From the NCBI GenBank assembly GCA_965153455.1, contig OZ234494.1, positions 3,162,001 through 3,226,000 of the forward strand: a stretch of DNA of 64,000 bases, read 5' to 3'. Positions 1 through 11,984 of the stretch are shown piece after piece (the first letter of the stretch is position 1; every line of letters begins with the position of its first letter). The stretch comes from Sphagnum compactum. Lineage: Eukaryota. The notes beneath the pieces are model-generated. The model was not told the DNA's origin, did no database searches, and saw nothing but the letters and a program-made list of their open reading frames with translations. Both the position numbers and the translations under genes were made by a program.

Positions 1-1250
1 TTGGTGATCCATACATACCCATCATGGCTTTTTATTATGACTTGCTTTTAATAATTGGACATTTTCCAAGAGTGGAACAAGCTATTGGGTGAAGGACTTT
101 TAAGTGGGATCCACATAAATGTATGATAATGTAAAACTCTATTATGTATCACATATACATGATGATTGAGCAATTGGTGAATTGTATAGATTCATCCATC
201 TTTGAACCCTCCACCTTTGTGTTCTTTATTTTTCATGTATCTATGAACGAAACTTTAACCCCTTACACCCCTTTTCTAGGTATGTTATGAAAAGTAATTA
301 GGTGCCTTCCAACTATTCCTTAAAACCACACACTAAGCTCCTCACCAAAGCCTTTCAATTGGGTAATGGTTCACTTGATTAGGAAGTTTGAGAACAACAA
401 TGGGGACCAATTTGGGATGTTTCTAAGACTAAATCATAAAAGAATGTTTGTCACACAAATAGTGCATAGGAATGCCTAAATTCCAAACTAAACAAAAAAA
501 AAGTTGTGCCAATTTGTTTATAATTTAAAGACAATTATATACTAATGTTTACATATGGTCCCAATTATACCATACCTATGACTAATGTTCCACATTAATC
601 ATTTATTTATTTAGAGGGTAAGCTAAATTAAATAAAATTTGATCTCACATTGTCATATTTCACCTTGGACCTATTGATAATAGGGAATAGTCCAAAACAT
701 TGGGCTACAACATTGCATTTCTAAAGCATGAGCAAACTTAGCATTATTATTGCCTATCGGTGAAATTTTGAAATATTCAAAATGGAGTTATTGAAGACCT
801 TTTTAATTGAAAAAAATATATATTTTGGCAAAGATATGTCAATTATCAATTGTGTAGGTATGGTATTGATGATTGGCATTTTTTGTTGAAATAGTTCAAA
901 TATAAAACTTTGTTGCGCCTAGCAACCCCAAATTGAGTGTTTCAAATTCCAACAATGTGACACTAAAGTTCAAGCTCATTGCAAAAAGAACACATTGATA
1001 CTACAAAAGTCTAGAACTTGTAGGCACATCACATGATATACTTAAATTTAAAACTTCAAAATATAAAGTAATTGTCGTCAAATTACAAAGACATTGGAAA
1101 AAGTCCCATTGGAAACAATTTGAAGAATATAATTATGGAATATTTATCGTTCAAAAAGTAAAGTACAAAAACCCACTTGTAATAATGTGTAGCTGATTTT
1201 TTCATGCATCTTTAAATTGTATTTCCTTGCATTTGTTAAAAGATTGAGAA
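1..1250 (+). mobile_element. Possible highly decayed Mutator-like transposase remnant
   Basis: Fragmentary frames HTNSA*ECLNSKL at about 450-490 and a Cys/His-like cluster near 1190-1240. Weak. Confidence 0.25.
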
Positions 1251-2379
1251 TGGATTTTTATTTTTTTTTGTCCTTTCCTAAATCACAAGGCAAAAATTAA
1301 ATTTCTATTAGTTGGATCTAAATGTGACCAATAGGAAGTTAGCAAGAATCAAATTATACTTTTGGAGTTACTAAAAATTTTGTTTTGTGTACAACAATTT
1401 TTTTTAAATTACAATTTCGAAAAAAAGTGCCTTAAATTTTTTTTAAATTATAATTTTTTTTAAAATAAAAATCTTATTGGAAAACACGTCAAATTTTTTT
1501 AACCAAAAAAATTTGAAGGGAAAAAATAAATGAAATCTCCAAGGTTGCATCAGATTCATTGACATAACGTTGGTGGAGATCTATAAGTTGTGGAATAATG
1601 TGCGCACCGAACTTGGTTGAATGTTAGAAAAAAAAATCTATTCGGTGAACAACACAATCAATTGTTGACAAGCAAAGTATTTTCATTTACATCAACACTA
1701 GATATCCCAAGTCATACATACCATCATGTAACCATATTCCACTCTTTATGCCAATTGGTATAACCATTTCACCCACACAAATGAGTACTTTGAATATTTG
1801 CTTGGGGACTCGAGCTCCATCGGTGAAATCATGTTTATCATGTGATGGATTGGTTGGCATGAATTGTCTCTACATACACGTTTGGGCATAATGAAAGCGC
1901 ACAATAAAATGCATGCAGGATATAAAGTTAAGGTATAATGGGGCATTAAGGGGCTCAAGAGCAAATGGCGAAGCCTCATGAAAAGGGTTTGAGTTTGCCA
2001 AACCCAAGTTTATCCACTTGTTTCATAATGCCACCCTAATGACATTTTTTCCTCTAAAAAAAGTAGATAATGGGAAAATAAAAGGAAAAAATTTGAAACT
2101 TGTTTATGGAATGTTTTATTTCATTTTGGAGTGTTGAATTTTATCATTAGATTTCTTCAACTTTCCCTTCTAGAAAATTAAATTTGATTTTTGTAATCTG
2201 AATTTTTTAAAGTGAAACTTGTAATTCACCTCTGGAATTTGAAATTTCACCCTCTGGATAAATCATTTTTGTTTCTGCAATATGAAATGTCAAGTTTGAA
2301 ATTATTATTCTATCTTTGGAAAAGTCATTTTTTTATTGCAACTTAAAATATCAAGTCTGAAATTATTATTTTACTTCTG

Positions 2380-4055
2380 GAATAAATAAAATTACTGCAA
2401 CCTGAAATTTCAATTCTGAAATTATTTATTATTTTACTTTTTGGGAAAATCAATTTTATTACTGCAACCTGAAATTTCAATTCTGAAATTATTATTTTAC
2501 TCTAAAAGTCATTTTTATTACTACAACCTGAAATTTCAATTTTGAAATTATTATTTTACCTCTGGAAAAATTAGTTTTATTACTGTAATTTGGAATTTCA
2601 AATCTGAAACAATTATTTAAATCTGCAATTTGTTTATTTTCCTCTTGGAAGAGAATATTACAAGTTTGAAACTTTTCTTTATTTCTCGAAATTCCAATTT
2701 ATCTTGGAAACTTCCTAAAACATCTTGCTTCTTTAAAACATTCCTAAAGGTGTGACAATCAATGACCTTCAACTTTTCTAAAACATCATCATTGAAACAC
2801 GACTTTGTCATAATCATCTTCATTGGATGTCTTTGTTTTCAATTCCTTCGATGCTTCTCACAATCTATCTTTCAATGTTCCCTCTTCGAGTATAATTCAA
2901 GTATTTTGATTTGTATGCAACATATGTGTTCTTCCATGCCACACTAAGAATAAAATGGGTTAGCTATTTCATGCTCTTACTATAATGCCCAAAATGAAGG
3001 TTGTATGTAGTTGCCAATGTACATACTCCACTATCAGTCTATGGGTTTTGTCTTTTTGTGGCACCTTCGGGTTTGTTGTGGTTAAAACATGCTCTTGTAT
3101 AGGTGAATGTTAGTCATTTGCTTACAACTCCTTGAAAAGGTCAAAATTTTCCATACCAAAATTTGCTAAGAAAAAGAATGGATCTAAAAAAAATTATGTC
3201 TTTCTACCAAGGGAGTTGTAACTCACTAAAAGCATAATTTGAAAATTTTGAATACGAATCACATATGTTAGGGTCTAGGTCAACAATGTCCAAGCATGCC
3301 TAATTCAAACATTATAGCTCATGCTCAAAACATTTTTGAAAACATATCCTTGAACTACCAATTTTAACACTAGAAAGAAGGTAAGGTCTATGGCCTACTC
3401 TCACTATATCCAATGCATTCCAAGAGATTTTTTGCAACAACCATAAACCATGCCTTGTTTACTTGTCACATGTGCCAAACTATGGAAAGGGGTCATAGGA
3501 TGGTGTGGGAAAATGTGTGAAATCACAATAGAATCCATGAGAGGGGGCAACAAGTTGCATTTAGATTGAATGCACATTTTGGGGTTAAAATTGGGGCAAA
3601 ATGTGGATTTGTATGCATCAAATTTGAATTCTATTTGTAAGGGTTGGTGTGAAGGAATTTTGTTGAGAGATTTAGCTAAGTGACTAGTAGCTAAAGTTTT
3701 GTATGGATTTGGAGAACTTGCAACAAAAGGTAGAAAGAAAGCAACAAAGTTAGAAAAAAGACAACACACACAAGAAAACAACTTCATGAATATAAGATTA
3801 TTCTTGACAATTATAAAACACGTATAGTTCATCTTGAAGAACCTTGCCTACAAAAGCCATTATTTCAAAGAGGTTATAATCTTCACCTTACAAAGGATGC
3901 ATTTCATCACTTTGACAAAACATTCCCTATTGGCTACTTACAAGAAAGCCAAATTGTAGTTCCAAATGTAATCAAACCTTTCCAAGCTTCTAGAATTGAT
4001 GCACACGTAGGATTGCTTCTTTGAGCTTCTTCGACTATCAAACCCCTCCAACATA
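2380..4055 (+). repeat. Dispersed repeat, copy 1 (degenerate ~60-bp tandem block plus decayed TE-like body)
   Basis: Colinear similarity to 11985-14243, e.g. AAAAGGTCAAAATTT, ATCACAATAGAATCCATGAGAGGGGGCAACAAGTTGCATTTAG, TTGAGCTTCTTC.ACTATCAAACCCCTC. Confidence 0.85.
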
Positions 4056-6080
4056 GGCATATATGACATGCACATAATCATGGATGCCATGTTTTGATGG
4101 TAGCCTCCCCTACTAAATTTCAAAGATTTTCCTTCCTACATCCAAAGAACATCGTTAAGATTGAAACTTCATTGGCTTATAATACATCATGAAACTTTAG
4201 GAACACCAATATTATTAATAGGTTCAAATCGGTCCATGCTTGACAATGTCACTAATATATTTTGAAGGAAGTTGATACTTCCCTTTTACTTTCGATGGGA
4301 ATTTGGAACATCCATGTGAACACAATTATACAACTTAGAACACATGAATCAGAAATCATTTGGCAATACAAGTGAAAATTTTGATAATAAATTTCAAAGT
4401 CGAAGTAACTAATTAAAAAATTAGATTGTTCAAATTTAACATTTCAAAGAACCATTGAACATGTTAGGTATTGCAAATGTAAGCTTTTCACAATCTTCTT
4501 TTAACAAAATGATCGTTTTAATTATTTGTCTATTCAACTTGTTTAAGTGATTTATGCTTCATTTAGAGTTTGGAATTTGATTGAGAACTTAATGCATATT
4601 GTTGGTTTTCCATCCAGTCCACATGATGTTTGAAAACAAGTGAAATTAAATGCAATTATAATACTTTTTTAGGCTCAATGGTTATTAAATTATTTCTGAA
4701 AATGCTAAAATATTAGAAATTATTTATTTGAAAGCCAAAATTTTAAGAAATTACCAGGGATGGAAAAATTAAAAATTGTTAGAAACCCATCAGCTTTTTT
4801 GCTTCAAGCAAATCCACCATTGGACAACAAGTATCCAATAATTAGCAACATTTCTCTATCCTATAATTTGGTGGAACATTATGTCTCCCCAATTTTGCAA
4901 AAAGAAGCAATAGAAATTGTTGGAAAATGTTTCACTATGTTAAAAATGAATAGAGTTTAGAAAACTTGTCAAATAAGCTCCCTATATTTATTCCCCAAAT
5001 TTCATAAATTATTAATTTTATTGCTGATGGGACTTTTGAAAAATAGAATAATTATTCAACACCCCAAGTGCCAAACCTAAAAAGGTAATATGATAGTTCA
5101 TTCAAGGTTTTCAAAGTTCATGGGAATCAAGGTGAGATCACTTATGTGGATGGAATCTTGAGGAGTTGGTTGGTGTTGTTTATAGCTAAGGAGGCCATGT
5201 CATGGCAATGGTATTATAACAAACAACTTGAAAAAACACCTTCTTCCATGCTCTTTCTACTTGATCAATTGTCAAATTGAAGTTTATATTTCCTATTTAA
5301 TTCAGTTGCATGGATGGTCAATCATCGCCTCCTATTAGGAATGGGAAACTTGGACTTCAACTATTTATGGTCCAAACATAGTTGCAAGTGAATCGAAAAT
5401 TGAATCCCCAAACATGAAATTCGTAAGTCGACCCACCCTTATCTTCAAACCCCTTGTAAGGGGTTTTTAAGGACTCAGATGAGTGGTCTAGGTACTACAT
5501 GCACAATATATCCATATGAATTCCAAAACATCACATATGCTATCTAATTTTGGGACAATTGAATAAAACATTACAAAGACACAAAACACTCACTTCATGA
5601 AGAGGGAAATTTGAGCCACCATGATAAAAGAGACAAGCACAAAGCCACATTTGCTCAAGAAAGCTTTAAATTAAATTAAATTAAAGACAATGTCTTCAAC
5701 ATTTCTAATCATTCATCTCATTTTATAGGTATTAGATTAAACAATATATTGGATATATTATTGCAAAAGTATATCCAATCTATGGTTTAAAAATTAATTG
5801 CAAACAACAATATTATCGATACAGTTGCACGAGCTTTGATCCAATCAAGAGGTCCATAGTATTTTTAGCCATCATTATTGTGAGTGGATGCAATGTTTTA
5901 TATTTTTAAAATGTCTTGGTGATATGTAATCCCAATGGCATTTGTTAACATGATCTTTTTGTATAGCATACATGATAAACTATACACATGCATTGTCATT
6001 GGTGTTCAAAGTTTTCCAAACGACATTTTTTATTACTATTGATGGCCTATTGATGATCTTAGACTCCTTATGAAATTTTT

Positions 6081-9000
6081 TTATGACCTTTTCTTGTGAA
6101 TTTTGAGGTGAAGCCCTTTTTGGAAGGTAGGAAATGGATCCATTGCAATAGGTTCATTAGGGTCAACCATCGACCATTCGTAATTGAGCACCAAGTGGTG
6201 CAAGAACACAACCATCTCGGTGCGAGCATACTCACTACCAATGCACGAATGAGGACCGCCTCCGAATGCCAAATAAGTGAAAGGGGGCGGTCCGGTTCCT
6301 CCAAACCGAGATGGATCAAAAGTTTTTGGATTCGGGAAAATTTATGGGGACATGTGTGAGCGCCCGACATGCCAAAAAAGCTGCCCAATCACCATAAATG
6401 ACATGGTTAGGATGTAGATGTTTAAACAATAAAACTCATAAGGAAGAAAATTCTAGTAAAAACTATGCAATCATAGGATTAAAACATTATTAGATTTGAA
6501 ATAATATGATGATCACATCTCCAACAACATGAAAATATTAACATATGACCTTTGCATGAGCTTTTTAAATTTTCCCACAATTTGTCTTAGGCTAGAAATT
6601 TTAGTATGTTTTGAATTAGTTTAGTGGATTGATAATTGGCCTAATCATAGATATGGTGTTAGGAATACTTTATACGCATTTCACTTTGGACACTTAACTA
6701 TGTAACTTTTGCAACTTAATGTTCAAAGGGGTTGGAAAATGCACCAATGCACTAATTAAATTGAGAGACTTACCATCCAACCTTTTGGAATGGTGAATCC
6801 TCCATATTCAAATTCTTGGAGAGCTTCACGAAACGCCATTTGCACGATTGGTTGCAAGCGCATAGCTTCTTGTATTACTTGCCATGTGTATTTCATTTTT
6901 CTTGTGTCATCCCAATTTAACAATGCCCCAGCCTTTGCCACTTCTATTTCCTTTTGTCCTGAGGAATGTAAAAAAATGTAACACTTTAATCACAACTCGG
7001 ATCGAAAAAATATATTGTTTAACAATCTAAACATAAATTTAATACAAATTGTGTGTCTTCTATGGGCGACACAAAAATGTTATATAATTTTGAAGGGAAA
7101 ACTCATATTTTCAAAACTTAATGGTTACCCAAAAAAAGAGTCTTGTGAAATGAACAATACCTTTGATAACCTCATGCAAGCAATGTGGATTTAAAAAGAG
7201 ATATTTGAGTACAATAGTGAGTGTGCAATTAGTTGTATCATGCCCGGCAAATAATAACGTCAACATATTGTCCTTGATTTCCTCATTTGTTGCTAGATGG
7301 CCTTCTTGATCAGGTGTGCTAATCAATATTGACAAAAGATCGGGGCATGTTGAAATTTTCCCTTCTTCGATGTCCTGACAACAATGTAATTAATTAATTA
7401 ATAAGAAATCGATCGTCATAGCCTAACACTTACAATGCAATTCGATTAAAAGACTACCACCATAGCATACCATCTCAACCATGATATGAAGGATGAGTTA
7501 GCAAAAAGTTCCATCCATAGCCTAACACTTACAATGCAATTCGATTAAAAGACTACCACCATAGCATACCATCTCAACCATGATATGAAGGATGAGTTAG
7601 CAAAAAGTTCCAAATTTGTTGTGGAAACAAACTTGTTGCACGAATGAATTTTAAATTCTATTCAAAAATTTAAAAGGAAGAAAAAAACAAATCTCTTACC
7701 TTGCGTCTACAACATATCACTTTGTCAAGTGTACCAAGCATATTTTCACGACTTACAATTGCCTTGCGATATAAAGTGCCAGGAAAGTTAAGAGGCAACT
7801 GCATTATCCCTACCAAATATGTCTTCATATGATGCTGTAAAGAATAGAATTTTGGGCCTTCTTTGATGCTCATAAATAGCTCGGTTGCAAGAGAGAATAT
7901 GAGATGTTTAATTAGATTTGCAGCCATAATCTCATCTTTCCCTTCCCAAAATTGGGCAAAATGGGCGATTGTTGTTTTGTGCATTCTCGGCACAAAACTT
8001 TGCAAGCCATTGGGCCCAAAGAATGCCATGAGAACATGACGTGCTTGCCTGGGCATTGAAAACCAAAAGCCTTATCAATTCCTATTATTACAACTCATGC
8101 ATGCATGATACCATTGAATTTGACATCACAACAAATTATTCGACAAGAAAATATGAATGTGAACGAACTCCTATTTTTCACTAATTTTTTTAGCTCAAAA
8201 TGCTTTCTAATTCAATACATGTTCAAAATCTGTACAAGAGCATCCACAAAATGAATGTTCGAGATTTTTATTGAGAAGGGGATTTACTTGTGTTCTTTGC
8301 CTGTTTTCGAAAGAATGCTACCACGCCCAACAAGCCTTGTAACACTTTGTGGCCATGAACTTTGCACCAACTTGTATTCACTTGAGAACAAAAACTTGTT
8401 TCCTTCTGGTGCACCCAAAGATACGGCGGGAGAAAGTAATAGATGTGTTTTGAATACCTAGACCAATTTGAAAAATGCATCATCACCTTGTTGATGCAAA
8501 TATGATTTCATGTTTTGGACCTTTGTGTGCATTTGATTTACACCCTTGTATACAATCAAATTAAGGATTGGGAAATAGAATGTTGTCCATACTTTATTAA
8601 AAAGAATATAAAAAATTTCAGTCTTAAAATGGTTGAAACAAATATTCAAAAGAGAGATTGAATCTTTCATGTCTTTCAAGTACCTTTGCATTTTAAGTAC
8701 TAAACATGTTGATAGCTTATCAAATACAACTTGTTTTAGGACTACATGGAGGTATAGACCTTAAAACCTTGAAAATACACATCAATAAACTTGGATGTGT
8801 ACATCCAAGTAAAACATGTATTAAGGAATTCAATGTTATATTGAGACTCCAAAGAGCACAATCGCATGGCTAGGTGAGACATGAGATCTTATGAAGAAGC
8901 AAGTGACTTTAATTTAACATAGATTGAATGCCCAAGAAAAAAACTACTTAATCTTAACATGATTGGATTAACACATTGCAAAAGCTTGATATGTTTATGA

Positions 9001-9405
9001 CTAAAGAACTATATTGTCAGCTAACAACTTGAATAGATTGAACACACCAAACGACTAACTAGTTCTTGAATTTTGTTTAATATGAGAAATGGAAACAAAG
9101 ACTTGAGAAGGGATGGGTAGGACACATAACATGAACCTGTCCATATTTGGCAACGCGAGGATTGACAAAGTCTTCGACGGTTTTGTTAGCTTTGCAAGCA
9201 CGAAGAAATGCAAGAGTCTCTCCAATATAGGGGAGCCCAAAAGTCCCCGGAGGCAAAGGTGCTTTGTTTTTCCCCACCAAGCTCTTCGACAACAAATACC
9301 ACCCACAAAAATAGTAAAAATTAGTACTACAATCCCCATACTTGACACCGATGGAAAACAAAACATGTTATCGATGTCGCAATTTGAATGGACCCAAGAA
9401 CCCAT
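6081..9405 (-). pseudogene. Cytochrome P450, CYP85 clan (CYP716-like), 6 exons, apparently disabled
   Basis: Exons 9405-9137, 8457-8288, 8048-7700, 7374-7161, 6958-6774, 6380-6081, all GT-AG. Motifs: LPPGTFGLPYIGE, VFKTHL, I-helix FAGHDTT, K-helix EAMR, IPKGW, FDPSRF, heme FGGGPHSCIG. Lesions: the membrane-anchor frame (MGSW...IVVLIFTIFVG) and the PPG frame (WYLLSK...) differ by 1 nt near 9300; in-frame TAA at 6344-6342 lies upstream of the heme Cys. Confidence 0.85.
7417..7612 (+). repeat. Perfect tandem duplication (2 x 97 bp, period 99) in P450 intron 3
   Basis: 7417-7513 matches 7516-7612 (CATAGCCTAACAC...AAAAAGTTCCA). Confidence 0.95.
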
Positions 9406-9600
9406 TTCAACTTGTCTTATTAGAGTGCTTGCATATCCCAAAGGAAGAAATCACGATCCAATCCCGATAGCCACATGACTTAACACCAATATTGAAACAC
9501 AAAACATGCTATGGATGTGGCAATTTGGATGCACCCAAGAACCCATTTCAACTTGTGTTATGATGAAGGTACTTGCCTATCACAATGGAAGAAAATCAAC
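9350..9600 (-). repeat. Diverged tandem duplication (period about 141 bp) of the P450 start-codon region
   Basis: Both copies contain CCCAAGAACCCATTTCAACTTGT. ATGs at 9405 and 9546 both begin MGSWVH. Confidence 0.85.
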
Positions 9601-10731
9601 ATGAGAATGATTCTTACAAGAAGAAGAAGAGAAGATGTGGGTGAATGCCTTTCTTTGGCTATCACAATGTAAGAACTCCACATATACATATACCTTTTTG
9701 TTGAAATGTCCAAAGCCTAATAAAGGGGAAGGTGATTGAAGTTTGTGGTTGCATGAAAAGTACGTAAAGGACCCACAACCTTGAGACCATTACGAGTACA
9801 CACATAGTGTGATTCACATTTTTGGCTTGTTGGGCCACCCAAATTTTATTTTATTTTAGTTTATATTTTAGTTTAATTTTCAACTTAAAATTGATTGGTC
9901 TCTTTGAAATTAAAAAAAAGGAGAAGGGTATTCATTCACATGTTGTGTTCTTCAATAATAAAATAATTGTACTATTTGCTTTTGGCCTATCTATTGAGTG
10001 CACTTGGCGTCTACCTTCATATGGGTCAAAATTTCAAAAGGCCCTACATATCCATAAACTTCCCCTACATAAAATACAGCATTTTCACTATAAAAAATAA
10101 AAATTATTTACAAAATAATAATAATTTAGATTTATAGTGGTCTAGAACCTTGTTTTGTAGTTATTTGAATTTATAAAAAATCACGAGTTCAAGTTTTTTT
10201 TAAAAAAATAATTAAATTTATTTTATTTTATGCTATTTCATTTTATTTTAAAATTTCAAAAAAATCAGAAGCTGGATACTGAAAACTTAAACCCTAAAAT
10301 CGTAAAACCCTAAACCCACAACTCGTATCTTTGGTGAGGCTTCTTAACGGATATGAATTTAGCCCCAAAAATGTTAAATTAGAACTGGAAGACCATGAAT
10401 TGAGGCCGACTTTACACTATATGGCTTGATCCTCAAAAATTTCTGGGGCCCAATTTTAAGCCATTCAATCAATATTCATGGTGACATTTTTGGGCCATCT
10501 AGGGTAGATCTTGTAATTAGGTCTTCTTTTTTTGAACTAGTCATATTTCATGCAACTTTGGTGCCCACATAATAAAGATATCTTGAAAGTCACCTAGTGT
10601 CCTATGCCTCTTTTCGTCCTGACTTTGTCACTTGACCCTCAATTCGCATCTTTTTTCCTAAAGTGGGACCCAAACTCCCAATGAGGCATGAATAGGGGGT
10701 TCAGATTCTTCTAGACTACCAATACAACTGG

Positions 10732-11177
10732 GGGTCTTCTTAGGGACAACCTACCTACCAACCTTCTTCTATCAACCTACCTACTTTCTTGGGTCTTCTT
10801 AGGGACAACCTACCTACCAACCTTCTTCTATCAACCTACCTATTTTCTTGGGTCTTCTTAGGGACAACCTACCTACCTACCAACCTTCTTCTATCAACCT
10901 ACCTACTTTCTTGGGTCTTCTTAGGGACAACCTACCTACCAACCTTCTTCTATCAACCTACCTATTTTCTTGGGTCTTCTTAGGGACAACCTACCTACCA
11001 ACCTTCTTCTATCAACCTACCTACTTTCTTGGGTCTTCTTAGGGACAACCTACCTACCAACCTTCTTCTATCAACCTACCTATTTTGTTGGGTCTTCTTA
11101 GGGACAACCTACCTACCAACCTTCTTCTATCAACCTACCTACTTTCTTGGGTCTTCTTAGGGACAACCTACCTACCT
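10732..11177 (+). repeat. 59-bp tandem array, about 7.5 near-identical units (GGGTCTTCTTAGGGACAACCTACCTACCAACCTTCTTCTATCAACCTACCTAYTTTCTT)
   Basis: Unit starts at 10732, 10791, 10850, 10913, 10972, 11031, 11090, 11149. One unit has an extra CCTA. Confidence 0.97.
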
Positions 11178-11224
11178 TCCTCTTCAAGGTCTACTTACTT
11201 GCTTTATTTTTTAGGAAAATAAAT

Positions 11225-11660
11225 CATTCTATTTTTACATTCTAAAATTGCACCTTGGAACCATGTTTTAATTTCTGAAAAAAATTTGTTTTATTTCTGC
11301 ATCCTGAAATTTTTACCTTGGGACCATGTTTTAATTTCTGGAAACATACATTTCTTTTTACATTCTGAAATTTCACCTCGAAAACATGTTTTAATTTTTT
11401 TAAAAATTTCCATTCTATTTCTGCATTATGAAATTTCACTTTGGAAACATGTTTTTAATTTCTAGAAAATCCCATTTTATTTTTGCATTATGGAAATTTC
11501 ACCTTGGAAAACATGTTTTTTTGACTTATGGAAAAATCCATTTTATCTTTGCGTTTTGAAATTTCACATTGGAACCCATGTTTTTTAATTTCTTGAAAAT
11601 CCATTTTATTTCTGCGTTTTTGAAATTTCACCCTTCGAACCATGATTTAATTTATTAAAA
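11225..11660 (+). repeat. Degenerate ~57-60-bp tandem repeat (TTTTATTTCTGCAT..TGAAATTTCACCTTGGAA.CATGTTTTAATTTC)
   Basis: About 7 recurring units; related to the GAAATTTCA blocks at 2130-2620 and 11985-12200. Confidence 0.7.
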
Positions 11661-11984
11661 AAATCAGTTTACGAAGGGAGGAGTCACTTACCTTAAAAAA
11701 AAAGATTAAAGTCTTTCTAGATTTGGCAAAATATTTCTTTGAAGCATTGGGGTGGGTTTAGCCAAAATTGGTGTCTATAAGATAGAGCAAATGTTACTCT
11801 CTAGAACAAATTTTTTAAGCTTGAGGAAAAGGGCTTTCTTAAAATTTTATTTTTTTTGGGCTTGAGAATATACACCGTATGGACCATTCCTCACATAAAA
11901 GCAAAATATGGTCAATTCTTTCAATTTTTTAGATTTAATGTACTACACAAATCTAAAAAATTGAAAGAATTGACCATATTATTA

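Noticed and set aside
6275..6295. Second frameshift in the last P450 exon
   Set aside because: Recount shows five G, and the frame GPPPFTYLAFGGG is continuous.
10732..11177. CRISPR-like array
   Set aside because: Units are contiguous with no unique spacers, there are no cas genes, and the context is eukaryotic.
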